From Bacilli bacterium (lineage in GTDB: Bacteria > Bacillota_I > Bacilli_A > RFN20 > CAG-449), in NCBI GenBank assembly GCA_900755065.1, contig CAAEFC010000022.1:17449-81448 (forward strand): a stretch of DNA of 64,000 bases, given 5' to 3'. Numbering within the stretch: the stretch's first letter is position 1; the number at the start of each line of letters is the position of its first letter. Shown here piece after piece: positions 9,392 to 18,657 of the stretch. The notes beneath the pieces were generated by a model, which searched no databases, was not told the origin of the DNA, and was given only the letters and a program-made list of their open reading frames with translations. The position numbers were made by a program, and so were the translations under genes.

Positions 9392-9444
9392 AATAAGTGC
9401 TTTTGAAAAAGAGATATAATGTCAGAAAGGTGGATTTTTTAAAA

Positions 9445-11139
9445 ATGACCAAATCATCATTGCCCGCGTCTTCCGTCAACATCTACGCTTTGGGAGGATT
9501 GCAGGAAGTCGGAAAAAATACGTATTGCATCGAAAACGACGACACGTTGATCATCATCGACGCCGGAATCATGTTTCCGGAACAAGGCATTCTGGGGATC
9601 GACTACGTCATTCCGGATTACACGCACTTAAAAAACGTTCGGAACAAAATCAAAGCGCTGTTCATCACGCACGGACACGAAGACCACATCGGCGCGATTC
9701 CGTATCTGTTACAAAACGTGAACATTCCCGTCATTTACGCGCCGAAACTGGCGTTGGCGCTGATCCGCAACAAACTGGAAGAACATCGCATGAGCGCGAA
9801 AATCAATCTGGTGGAATACACGGAGAACGACATCATTCACATCGACGATTTTACCGTGCAGTTCTTCCGTGTCACCCACTCGATTCCCGACGCTTACGGC
9901 ATCGCGGTGGATACGCCTCACGGAAGAATCGTCACCACCGGCGATTTCAAGATCGATTTGACTCCGGTCGGCGAAGACATCTCGTTAAGCAAGATCGCCC
10001 GTTTAGGCGACGAAGGCGTCGATCTGCTTTTAAGCGATTCCACTAATGCGGAAAAAGAGGGCTACACGCTTTCGGAACGGAGCGTGATCGATTCGATTTT
10101 CGAGATTTTCTCCAAAACGACCGGAAGGCTCATCATCAGCACCTTTTCCAGCAATATCTCGCGGATTCAGCAGATCGTCGAAGCCTGCGTCAAATACAAC
10201 CGGAAAATTCTGATCATCGGCCGATCGATGGAAAACACGATCAGCATTTCCCGTCAGTACGGCTACATCAAGATTCCGGATTCTTCCCTGATCACGCCGG
10301 AAAAACTCAAAGAATACAAGAATAACGAAATCGTGATCCTCTGCACCGGTTCGCAAGGCGAGCCGATGGCGGCTCTTTCGCGCATCGCTAACGGCGATCA
10401 CCCGTTGGTCAAAATCAGTCCTGGCGATACCGTCGTGTTCTCCTCTTCCCCGATTCCGGGAAACGGTTCGAGCGTCAACGCGGTCGTCAACCAACTGGTC
10501 CGTTCGGGCGCCGACGTGATCAACAACTCCATTTTCTCCAATCTGCACGCTTCCGGACACCCGTCCAAGCAAGAGTTGCGGATCATGCTCAAACTCTTCA
10601 AACCGAAATACTTCATGCCGGTGCACGGCGACTACCGCATGCTGAAACTTCACGGTGAAATTGCCCAGTCTCTGGGGATCGACAAAGAGAACATCTTCGT
10701 TCTGGGCAACGGAGACAGCCTGGTACTAAGAAAGCATACCATCACGGAAGGAAAACGAATTCAGACTGACGACATTTACATCGACGGAAAAGATATCAGC
10801 GGTCTTTCCACCGCGGTGATCCGCGACCGGAACATTCTGGCCAACGACGGCATGGTCGCCATTCTGATCAGCATCGATTCCAGGACCAACACGATTCTCA
10901 CGACGCCGGAAATCGTCACCAAAGGATTCATCTATATGGACGCCGGCGCGACGAAAATCATCGAAAAAGCCAAGAAAATCGCCTATGAAGAATTGTCGGA
11001 ACTGATGAAGGGAAAAGTGACTTTCGGCGAAATCAAGAATACGATGAAAACCTGTCTGGGACAGTATTTTTATTCCAAAACGCACCGGAATCCGATGATC
11101 ATTCCGCTGATCATGAATCAGATCGAGGCGCGCGGATGA
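9445..11139 (+). CDS. rnj: ribonuclease J
   Basis: Metallo-beta-lactamase/beta-CASP protein with the HGHEDHIGAIPY motif, about 560 aa. The ATG at 9445 has SD GAAAGGTGGA; the track ORF starts 48 nt earlier at a GTG. Confidence 0.9.
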   Translation: MTKSSLPASSVNIYALGGLQEVGKNTYCIENDDTLIIIDAGIMFPEQGILGIDYVIPDYTHLKNVRNKIKALFITHGHEDHIGAIPYLLQNVNIPVIYAPKLALALIRNKLEEHRMSAKINLVEYTENDIIHIDDFTVQFFRVTHSIPDAYGIAVDTPHGRIVTTGDFKIDLTPVGEDISLSKIARLGDEGVDLLLSDSTNAEKEGYTLSERSVIDSIFEIFSKTTGRLIISTFSSNISRIQQIVEACVKYNRKILIIGRSMENTISISRQYGYIKIPDSSLITPEKLKEYKNNEIVILCTGSQGEPMAALSRIANGDHPLVKISPGDTVVFSSSPIPGNGSSVNAVVNQLVRSGADVINNSIFSNLHASGHPSKQELRIMLKLFKPKYFMPVHGDYRMLKLHGEIAQSLGIDKENIFVLGNGDSLVLRKHTITEGKRIQTDDIYIDGKDISGLSTAVIRDRNILANDGMVAILISIDSRTNTILTTPEIVTKGFIYMDAGATKIIEKAKKIAYEELSELMKGKVTFGEIKNTMKTCLGQYFYSKTHRNPMIIPLIMNQIEARG

Positions 11140-11678
11140 TTCTGGCGAGCCAATCGCCCCGAAGAAAGGAATTGCTTTCCCGCCTGATCGACCGTTTCGA
11201 GGTCATTCCCGCGGAAATCGAAGAAACGCGGTTCCCTTTCGAGGAACTTTCCCTGCAAAAAGCGATGAAAGTCGGAAAAGCGCACCCCGACGAACTCGTT
11301 CTCGCCGCCGATACGATCGTCGTCAAAGACGGACGCGTCTACGGAAAGCCGAAAAGCGCGGAAGAGGCCGAAGAATTCCTTCTCGCCCTTTCAGGAAACA
11401 CTCATGAAGTGAAGACCGTCTACACGCTTTATTGCGACAGAACCGCGCTTCAAATTACCCGGATCGTCGTTTCCGGCGTGACTTTTTACGAACTGAGTCG
11501 CGAACTGATCGCTTCGTACGTCGCCTCCGGCTCTCCGATGGACAAAGCCGGCGCTTACGGCATTCAGGACGAAGGTTATCCGTTAGTCAAACGCGTAAAA
11601 GGCAGTTACACCAACGTCGTCGGTCTTCCCCTGGAATCTTTAAGCGAAGATTTGAAGTCTCTCGGGCTGATCGCCTAA
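11136..11678 (+). CDS. maf: Maf-like nucleoside triphosphate pyrophosphatase
   Basis: MILASQSPRRKELL...AYGIQ motifs. ATGA overlap with the rnj stop. Confidence 0.85.
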   Translation: MILASQSPRRKELLSRLIDRFEVIPAEIEETRFPFEELSLQKAMKVGKAHPDELVLAADTIVVKDGRVYGKPKSAEEAEEFLLALSGNTHEVKTVYTLYCDRTALQITRIVVSGVTFYELSRELIASYVASGSPMDKAGAYGIQDEGYPLVKRVKGSYTNVVGLPLESLSEDLKSLGLIA

Positions 11679-11724
11679 AACGAAGAAAAAAAGCCCCATA
11701 GTCTATACGGGAGGCTTTTATTTT

Positions 11725-12006
11725 ATGTATTATCAGCACGAATGGAGCGAGGAGGAAATCCGAGACTGCTACCGTCAGGCCTATGACGAAAACTGCCCGG
11801 ATTGCGCCGAAAATTCCAACCGGTTCGGCGTCGGAGGACTTCTCCTGCCGTTTATCGGCGGTCTGATCGTCGGAGGGCTTTTCATACCGAAACCGAATTC
11901 CTACCAATATCCTCCTTATCAGCAACCGATGCAATACCAATATCCGGTCTATTATCCACCGTATCCGCAGACAGCAAACGTTCCCCCATATCCGGGTCAA
12001 AATTAA
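11725..12006 (+). CDS. hypothetical small protein with a Gly-rich TM segment and a Pro/Tyr/Gln-rich tail
   Basis: SD GGGAGG. Contains GVGGLLLPFIGGLIVGGLF followed by YQYPPYQQPMQYQYPVYYPPYPQ, and is followed by a strong terminator. Confidence 0.55.
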   Translation: MYYQHEWSEEEIRDCYRQAYDENCPDCAENSNRFGVGGLLLPFIGGLIVGGLFIPKPNSYQYPPYQQPMQYQYPVYYPPYPQTANVPPYPGQN

Positions 12007-12059
12007 AAACCGTATCGCGGGAGCCTCGACGAGGCTTCCCGACACGGTTTATTTTTTTT
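12004..12059. terminator. bidirectional terminator
   Basis: Long hairpin AAAACCGT..GGGAGCCTCG/CGAGGCTTCCC..ACGGTTT with T-runs on both strands, between convergent genes. Confidence 0.7.
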
Positions 12060-12411
12060 GGTTCTGGATGTATTCCTCGATTTGCGCGGCTTTTGAACCG
12101 ACGACGAAGGTGATTTTGTTGCTCATGCGGATCGAAGAAGAAACGCCGATTTTTTTCAGTTCTTCTTCCTGCACCGCGTCGTAATCTTTCAACACCAGAG
12201 ACAGACGGCTTTCACGAGACTGAACCCGAAGGATATTCTCGATTCCTCCGAAGCATTCGATCAGCCGTTCAAATTCCTTCCCGGCTGATTTCTTTTTTTT
12301 GCTTTTTTTCACCGAAAGAATGACGACGATGGCGATCAGGCTGACGAGGATGGCTAACAGGCAAAGGCACAAAATCAGATGATCCGAAATCCACTTTCCC
12401 ACTTCTTCCAT
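12049..12411 (-). CDS. membrane-anchored PTS EIIB(Glc)-like domain protein lacking the phospho-Cys
   Basis: N-terminal TM plus LIECFGGIENILRVQSRESRLSLVLKD...LKKIGV, which aligns to EIIB L..FGGKENI..LD.C.TRLR. SD is GGAGGA. Confidence 0.6.
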   Translation of the reverse strand: MEEVGKWISDHLILCLCLLAILVSLIAIVVILSVKKSKKKKSAGKEFERLIECFGGIENILRVQSRESRLSLVLKDYDAVQEEELKKIGVSSSIRMSNKITFVVGSKAAQIEEYIQNQKK

Positions 12412-12554
12412 AACATTTCCTCCGGAAATACTATATCCGATTCTTCGCGGGAATGCAATCCCGCCGACGATATCCGTTCAGATAATCCGAACAATTGTAG
12501 TTTATTTGAGGGCGAAAGTATTATAATAGAAGTAATGAAACGGAGGTAAAGGCG

Positions 12555-13298
12555 ATGGAACCGAAAACGGATTGGAAAAAAACGATTCTGAGATTGCTGT
12601 TGGGCGTTCTCGTTCTGGGAGGGCTGATTCTCGCGGTTTATCTTCTTCTCCGCCATTTCGGCTATACGGATATCAGTCGGGAAGAATTGCAGAATTTAAT
12701 CGAAAAAACCGGCGTTTACGGAAAACTCTGCTTCGTGCTGATCAGTTTTCTTCAAGTGACGATCGTTCCGATTCCCGCGGCGATCACCATTCTCGCCGGC
12801 AACTATCTTTTCGGCTTCTGGTGGGGCTTCTTCCTCTCGTTCATCGGCATTTTCGCCGGCTCTCTTTTCGCCTTTCTTCTGGGCAGAACCATCGGAAGGA
12901 AGTTCGTCAACTGGGCGATGGGCAGCAAAGAACAGGTCGATTACTATCTCGGAAAACTGAAAGGAAAGGAAATCGTCCTGCTGTTTTTCATGTTTTTTCT
13001 CCCGTGTTTTCCGGACGATGCGCTGTGCGCCGTCGCCGGGATCACTAACATCAAAACGCCGATTTTCGTTCTGATGCAACTCATCACCCGTCCGACTTCC
13101 ATTCTCGGCACGCTGTTCTTCATGTCCGGAGAAATCATCCCTTACGAAGGTTGGGGGCTCGCCGTCATTCTCTCCGTCGGCATCCTGTCCGTCATCGGAT
13201 TCGTCTTCGCCTACAAGTATTCCGAACAACTGAACCGCAAACTGGAAAATTTCTCGCTGAAAGTGACCCGCTTTTTAAAACGTGACAAAGAAAAGTGA
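12555..13298 (+). CDS. TVP38/TMEM64 (DedA-related) family membrane protein
   Basis: VPIPAAITILAGNYLFGFWWGFFLSFIGIFAGSLFAFLLGRTIGRKFV is typical of the family. Confidence 0.75.
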   Translation: MEPKTDWKKTILRLLLGVLVLGGLILAVYLLLRHFGYTDISREELQNLIEKTGVYGKLCFVLISFLQVTIVPIPAAITILAGNYLFGFWWGFFLSFIGIFAGSLFAFLLGRTIGRKFVNWAMGSKEQVDYYLGKLKGKEIVLLFFMFFLPCFPDDALCAVAGITNIKTPIFVLMQLITRPTSILGTLFFMSGEIIPYEGWGLAVILSVGILSVIGFVFAYKYSEQLNRKLENFSLKVTRFLKRDKEK

Positions 13299-13358
13299 TA
13301 AATATGGAAAAATTTCCGAAAAAAGATTATCCTTTTAGTGTAAAGGAGATTTTTTAAT

Positions 13359-13940
13359 ATGAGTTCAAACATCGAAATTGAAGCAAAAGTTCTTCTCTTG
13401 AAAAACGAATACGAGACCATTATCGAAAAACTCAATCTGAGCAAATACCGGAAAATCCGTCAGACCAACCATTACATCGACACTCCGGACCGCTACTTGA
13501 AGAAAAACGGCATCGCTCTTCGGATTCGCGAAAAGGAAGAAGAATACGAACTGACCTTGAAAACGCCTCTGAGCGAAGGTCTTCTGGAAAAGAACGAAAA
13601 TATCTCCTGGCGCGATTTTGAAAAACTGAATGACCAAAACCTGTTTCCGGAAGGGAACATCAAAAAATTTCTGTCGATTCTCGGCGTCAAGGTCGATCAA
13701 CTCAAAGTGCTGACTTCCCTCTGCACCGAACGGATCGAAGTCGAATACAACGGATTCGATCTCGCGCTCGATAAGAACACCTATTCCGACATCGTCGATT
13801 ACGAACTGGAAGTGGAAAGTTCCTCCATTCAACGGGCGCAGGAAGAGATCCGAAGTATTCTGGCTTCCTGCAACATCTCCGATTTCCAGTACAACACGAT
13901 CAGCAAGCAAGCCCGCGCGCTCAACGCATTGGAGAGATAG
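13359..13940 (+). CDS. CYTH-domain protein (YjbK-like triphosphatase/adenylyl cyclase fold)
   Basis: N-terminal IEIEAKVLL (ExExK motif), about 190 aa, with alternating charged beta-strand pattern. Confidence 0.7.
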   Translation: MSSNIEIEAKVLLLKNEYETIIEKLNLSKYRKIRQTNHYIDTPDRYLKKNGIALRIREKEEEYELTLKTPLSEGLLEKNENISWRDFEKLNDQNLFPEGNIKKFLSILGVKVDQLKVLTSLCTERIEVEYNGFDLALDKNTYSDIVDYELEVESSSIQRAQEEIRSILASCNISDFQYNTISKQARALNALER

Positions 13941-13944
13941 GCGC

Positions 13945-14934
13945 ATGGAAACCGTTTTAAGCGGGATCAAGCCCACCGGGAAACTGACGCTCGGAAACTA
14001 TATCGGCGCCTTGAAAAACTTCCCGAAATTTCAGGACGAAAACCGCGTCTTTCTTTTCATCGCCGATCTTCACGCCCTGACCCTTCCGATCGACCCCGAC
14101 GAACTTTATCAGAACACGAAAGACATCGTGGCCTTCTATTTAGCCTGCGGTCTCGATCCGGAAAAATCTTCGATCTTCTTGCAATCTCATGTCGGCGAGC
14201 ATGCGGAACTCAGCGCGATTTTAGGAAATTACGCCTATATGGGCGAACTGAGCCGCATGACGCAATTCAAGGAAAAATCAGCGAAATTCGCCGAAAAACA
14301 AATCGGATTCGGTCTTTTCTCCTATCCGGTTCTCATGGCCGCGGATATTCTCCTTTACGATGCGAAAAAGGTTCCCGTCGGCGAAGACCAGAAGCAGCAC
14401 GTCGAACTCGCCAGAAATCTCGCCATTCGTTTTAATCATCGATACGGACAGGACGTTTTCGTCGTTCCCGAACCGGTCATTCCGAAAAACGGCGCGCGGA
14501 TCATGTCGCTTTCCGATCCGACGAAGAAGATGTCCAAATCCGAACCGAAAGGTGACATTTTCCTCAAAGACGACATCGCCGTCTCCCGGAAAAAGATCAT
14601 GAGTGCCGTCACTGATCTGGATTGTAATGTCCGCTACGATCGGGAAAACAAACCGGGCATTTCCAATCTTCTGACGATCTATTCTTCTTTGAAAGAGATT
14701 TCCGTCGAAGAGGCCGAAGCCGAATTCGTCGGATCCAACTACGGCTCGTTCAAAAAAGCCGTCGCCGACGAAGTCTGCGCCCACCTGGAAGCGATTCAAG
14801 CGAAATACAACGCCTACATCGATTCTCCGATTCTCGACGAAGTGCTGGCCAAAGGCGCGCTCGAAGCCAAAAAGATCGCGGAAATCACTTTGAATCGCGT
14901 GAAGCGCGTCGTCGGGCTTTACGGTAAGCGATGA
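13945..14934 (+). CDS. trpS: tryptophan--tRNA ligase
   Basis: SGIKPTGKLTLGNYIGA and KMSKS motifs, 329 aa. Confidence 0.92.
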   Translation: METVLSGIKPTGKLTLGNYIGALKNFPKFQDENRVFLFIADLHALTLPIDPDELYQNTKDIVAFYLACGLDPEKSSIFLQSHVGEHAELSAILGNYAYMGELSRMTQFKEKSAKFAEKQIGFGLFSYPVLMAADILLYDAKKVPVGEDQKQHVELARNLAIRFNHRYGQDVFVVPEPVIPKNGARIMSLSDPTKKMSKSEPKGDIFLKDDIAVSRKKIMSAVTDLDCNVRYDRENKPGISNLLTIYSSLKEISVEEAEAEFVGSNYGSFKKAVADEVCAHLEAIQAKYNAYIDSPILDEVLAKGALEAKKIAEITLNRVKRVVGLYGKR

Positions 14935-15145
14935 ATCTTTTCCAGAAAGGATCGAAAAAGAGGCTGAACGCCAGAAAGAAGCACCCGAAGATCAACAGAT
15001 AGATTTCGCTGTGCGTGAACACGAAGCGCAGATAATCGAGTAACGAATAGCCTAAGCCGAACAGGGAAAAATAGATGAGCAGGTAACTTAGTCCGAGCGT
15101 CGTCAGCAGAATTCCGATCAAAAAGCAGACAATACGATAAAAAAT

Positions 15146-15179
15146 AAAAATCACCATTCGTATATATGGTGATTTTTTT
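15146..15179. terminator. bidirectional terminator between trpS and pgcA
   Basis: ATCACCAT-tcgtatat-ATGGTGAT hairpin flanked by an A-run and a T-run. Confidence 0.65.
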
Positions 15180-15183
15180 GGAT

Positions 15184-16890
15184 TTATTCGCCGATGCCGA
15201 GAAGATTTTTCAATTCGGCAAACATGCGTTCGCATTTTCCCTCATTTTCTTTTCTGCCCGGACTGACGGCTTCAAAGTAAAACTTGCACTTCGGTTCCGT
15301 CCCGCTCGGACGAATGGCCAGCGATGAACCGTCTTCAAAATAAAGTTTGATCAGGTTGGTCTTCGGAAGAGCGATCCTTTCGATAATCAATCCGGTCGAA
15401 TCGTATCGGTTGGAAGAAAGATAATCCTCGTACTGAACCAGTTTCCGACCGTCGAGTTGTCGGATCGGCGCAGAACGCAAACGTTCGAGAATCGCCCCCA
15501 TTTTCTCTTTTCCGTTCGATCCTTTGAAATAAATCGAATAAAGCCGGTTATCGTAGTAGCCGAGATTCTTCATCAGATCGTCGAGAACGACGTCGAGCGT
15601 CTTTCTTTTTTTCAGATAGTAATTCGTCATTTCCAGGATCATGACCATCGCCTGCAAGGAATCTTTATCGCGGACGTAGGGAGAAATCAGGCAACCGTAC
15701 GATTCTTCGTATCCGAATTCAAACGTTTTTTCTCCGCTTTGTTCGTATTGATGAATCTTCTCTCCGATGAACTTGAATCCGGTCAGCACCGATTCGGTGT
15801 CCACGCCGTAGAAACGGGCAATCCGCTTTCCGAAAGATGAAGTCACCACGGTGTCGATGATCACGCTGTTCGGTTTCAGAAGATTTCTCTCTCTTCTCTG
15901 ACTCAGGATATAGTGAATCAGTAAAGCGCCCGTCTGATTCCCCGTTAAAAATGCGTATTCTCCGTTCCGGTCTTTCACCGCGATTCCGATCCGATCCGCG
16001 TCGGGGTCCGTCGTCACCAACAGATCGGCGTCGATTTTTTTCGCATATTCCAGGGATAAGTCGAAAGCCTCACGGAGTTCCGGATTCGGAGAAGACGTGT
16101 TTGAGAACAACGGATCGTGCGTGCATTGCTCTTTCACGTAAGTAACCGAATAGCCGAGCCGTTCAAAGATATCTCTGGCTCTTTCCAGACTCGTCCCGTG
16201 CTGAGGCGAAAAGACGATTCGGAAATCCTCTTTGTCGAGGTCGGGATTGAGTTGAATCGAAAGGGCTTTTTCCACGAATTGTTCGTCGACGTCTTTTCCA
16301 AGCGTAAGGATTTCGCCTTTTTCCGTCTCGATTCCGTATCCGACGTCGAGTTCGTTTCCCAAAGAAGCGATCGTGCGGAGAAGCGGCTGAATCTTATCGG
16401 GAGTCAACTGACACCCCTGATCGTCGTAGACTTTGTATCCGTTGTATTCTTTCGGATTGTGACTCGCCGTGATCATCACTCCTCCGGAAGTGCCGAGATA
16501 GCGGATAGCAAAAGAGAGTTCCGGCGTCGGACGGAGATCGTCGAAGATATAGGCGCGGATTCCGTAGGAAGCAAAGACTTTTGCCGTTTCCAACGTGAAT
16601 TCACGGGAATAAAGGCGGTTGTCGTGGCTGATCACCACTCCCTTTTTCCGGACGTCAGGGTCGGTTTTCAGCAGGTATTTGGCGAATCCGACCGTCGCTT
16701 TGCGGACCATATAGACATTCATTCGGTTGCTTCCCGGTCCCAGAATGCCGCGCATTCCTGCCGTGCCGAATTCCAGATCGGTGTAGAAGGCATCGTAAAT
16801 GTCTTTCCGATCCATTTCCTCCAATTGCTTTCTCAAATCTTCGGGAATCGGACTATTCAGCCACTTCCGGTATTTTTCTTCTACGTTCAT
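15184..16890 (-). CDS. pgcA: phosphoglucomutase / phospho-sugar mutase
   Basis: Active-site loop TASHNPKEYNGYK, 568 aa, SD GGAGGAG. Confidence 0.88.
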   Translation of the reverse strand: MNVEEKYRKWLNSPIPEDLRKQLEEMDRKDIYDAFYTDLEFGTAGMRGILGPGSNRMNVYMVRKATVGFAKYLLKTDPDVRKKGVVISHDNRLYSREFTLETAKVFASYGIRAYIFDDLRPTPELSFAIRYLGTSGGVMITASHNPKEYNGYKVYDDQGCQLTPDKIQPLLRTIASLGNELDVGYGIETEKGEILTLGKDVDEQFVEKALSIQLNPDLDKEDFRIVFSPQHGTSLERARDIFERLGYSVTYVKEQCTHDPLFSNTSSPNPELREAFDLSLEYAKKIDADLLVTTDPDADRIGIAVKDRNGEYAFLTGNQTGALLIHYILSQRRERNLLKPNSVIIDTVVTSSFGKRIARFYGVDTESVLTGFKFIGEKIHQYEQSGEKTFEFGYEESYGCLISPYVRDKDSLQAMVMILEMTNYYLKKRKTLDVVLDDLMKNLGYYDNRLYSIYFKGSNGKEKMGAILERLRSAPIRQLDGRKLVQYEDYLSSNRYDSTGLIIERIALPKTNLIKLYFEDGSSLAIRPSGTEPKCKFYFEAVSPGRKENEGKCERMFAELKNLLGIGE

Positions 16891-17581
16891 AGTTCTCCTC
16901 CAACATCTCGATCGAATTCAGTAAAGACTCAAAACGATCTACTTCTTTTTGCCGTCCCAGATAGATGAGCCAACTCAGCACATACTGGTTCTGCTCGATC
17001 AAAGCGGAATAGGACACGAGATTGGACGGGCGCATCATATCCTGAAAAAACAGCCCGATATCGTCGTAAATCCGATTCCTGTACACGATGCTCTTACTCT
17101 CCGATAAGGTGAATCCCAGAAGAAAGTACGCGCGGTTCTCGTTTTCGGAATACAGTCTTTCCAACTCTTTGATTTTCGCATACAGCGTCGGATCAGACGC
17201 ATCGAAACCCAGCATTTCCATATACTGACTCAGAAGGCGGTATTTCAGGAAATCTTTCAGGTAGATGTCGATATCCGGCCCGAATCGAAGAATCTGCATA
17301 CCGAGTTCCTTAAAGGTATCGAACCGATATCCGTGGTGGCGAAGATTCATCAGGGGGTTGAAGATGTACTGCGCCAGAAAAATAAATTCTTCGTATTCCC
17401 TCGTCCGATGATTGAGTTCGACGAGACGATTGTACTTTTCCCGGTCGTATTCTTTCAGAAAGCGGAGAAATTTCTCCGACGTCACTAGTTTTTCCGCAGC
17501 GTCTTCGTAGAGATACATCTTTTCTCCGAGTTCCTTCAACGAATGGATTCTCTGATTTTCCAAAGTGATAATAAAGTCCAT
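16853..17581 (-). CDS. hypothetical soluble protein (paralogous N-terminal domain with the upstream gene)
   Basis: The probable start is M15 (MDFIITLEN) with SD GAGGTG, 8 nt after the upstream stop. It overlaps the pgcA start by 38 nt. No family recognised. Confidence 0.65.
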   Translation of the reverse strand: MDFIITLENQRIHSLKELGEKMYLYEDAAEKLVTSEKFLRFLKEYDREKYNRLVELNHRTREYEEFIFLAQYIFNPLMNLRHHGYRFDTFKELGMQILRFGPDIDIYLKDFLKYRLLSQYMEMLGFDASDPTLYAKIKELERLYSENENRAYFLLGFTLSESKSIVYRNRIYDDIGLFFQDMMRPSNLVSYSALIEQNQYVLSWLIYLGRQKEVDRFESLLNSIEMLEENYERRRKIPEVAE

Positions 17582-17589
17582 GCCGCACC

Positions 17590-18657
17590 TCACAGGAGTT
17601 CGATAACCAGGCAACTCAACCATATGATAAAGAAAATCACGGTCAATGAAAACACAATTCGATGAAAAACGTTGATTTTATCTTTCCCGATCGATTTTGC
17701 CTTGAAATTGACGCGATAGAGATAAACCCATTCGTCCAGAAAGGAACTGCAACAGTCGTATTTTTTGACGGGGTGATTCATCGGCGTCATTTTTTCAACG
17801 CTTCTGAGAAGATAGTTTTCCAGTTCCTGCCCTCCGGAATGAATGCGGTCTTTCCAACGGTCCGCGCGGGTGAGAATGTTTTTCCGCGCTCTTTTATAAT
17901 GCCCGAAACGGATCAGCCGGATGAGAAGTTCGATGAGAAAGCCGAGAACGCTCAAACCCAGAAAGATCAAAAACAGACAGGTAAAAATCTGATCGTATCG
18001 CATTCGGGAAATCGAAGTCGAGAACAGTCCTTCCCGGACGATCGATCCTTCCGCGAAATACGAAGCGGCGAAGATGCCGCCCATCAAAAGATCCGCTGCC
18101 GCGATGAAAATCCGTTTCGCCGAAAAAACCCGGACGACGGGAAGATTGCGCGGGCAATCGTTCAGTTTTTCGACGAGTTGAAGCGTATCGTCATAGACAT
18201 CGTTTTCCCAAAGGCGGACTTTTTCCCGGATTTGCTCGCTTTTCTCCCGGAACGAATACGCCGACGATTCGCTGAACTGATTGAGCGTCAGGTGCTTCTG
18301 ATCGAAAGCGATCAGAACTTCGCCGACCTTGATCTCCCGTTCCTCTTCGGAAAGAGCCATCAGCGGATTGATGTAAAAATGGGGCGTGGCCAGTTGGCAG
18401 AGGTACAGAATTTTCGCATAGGCAACCAAACCGTCCTCAATCCGCGAAATCTTCCCCAGATCGATCGCGGCGAATTCTTCGTACAGATAACCGGCCAGAT
18501 CCGAAGAGGACTTTTTTATCCGGTTCATGCTTTCGAGGAGACGGATATAGCAGTCCTGTTCGCGGATCCATTTCACGAAACGGGCGACGTTTTCCGGATC
18601 GATGCATTCCGGATAAAACAATTCCGCGCAGAGAAGGCCTTTTTCCAGTTTTCTCAT
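17590..18657 (-). CDS. hypothetical membrane protein (soluble N-terminal domain plus 3 TM segments)
   Basis: ATGA overlap with the rlu stop and SD AGAGGTG. TM segments are IFIAAADLLMGGIFAASYF, IFTCLFLIFLGLSVLGFLIELLI and IVFSLTVIFFIIWLSCLVI. Confidence 0.65.
   Translation of the reverse strand: MRKLEKGLLCAELFYPECIDPENVARFVKWIREQDCYIRLLESMNRIKKSSSDLAGYLYEEFAAIDLGKISRIEDGLVAYAKILYLCQLATPHFYINPLMALSEEEREIKVGEVLIAFDQKHLTLNQFSESSAYSFREKSEQIREKVRLWENDVYDDTLQLVEKLNDCPRNLPVVRVFSAKRIFIAAADLLMGGIFAASYFAEGSIVREGLFSTSISRMRYDQIFTCLFLIFLGLSVLGFLIELLIRLIRFGHYKRARKNILTRADRWKDRIHSGGQELENYLLRSVEKMTPMNHPVKKYDCCSSFLDEWVYLYRVNFKAKSIGKDKINVFHRIVFSLTVIFFIIWLSCLVIELL

Noticed and set aside
13940-13945. T-box leaders for trpS, asnS and gltX.
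   Set aside because: trpS starts 4 nt after the CYTH gene and gltX starts 15 nt after the YitT-like gene. The 146-nt asnS upstream region lacks a specifier hairpin and the GGTGGTACCGCG T-box sequence.
14885-15157. Hydrophobic 90-aa ORF (three TM-like segments) on the minus strand between trpS and pgcA.
   Set aside because: Its ATG sits inside the stem of the pgcA/trpS terminator hairpin. It has no SD, and its 3' end overlaps the last 50 nt of trpS. It is possibly real, but the evidence is insufficient.
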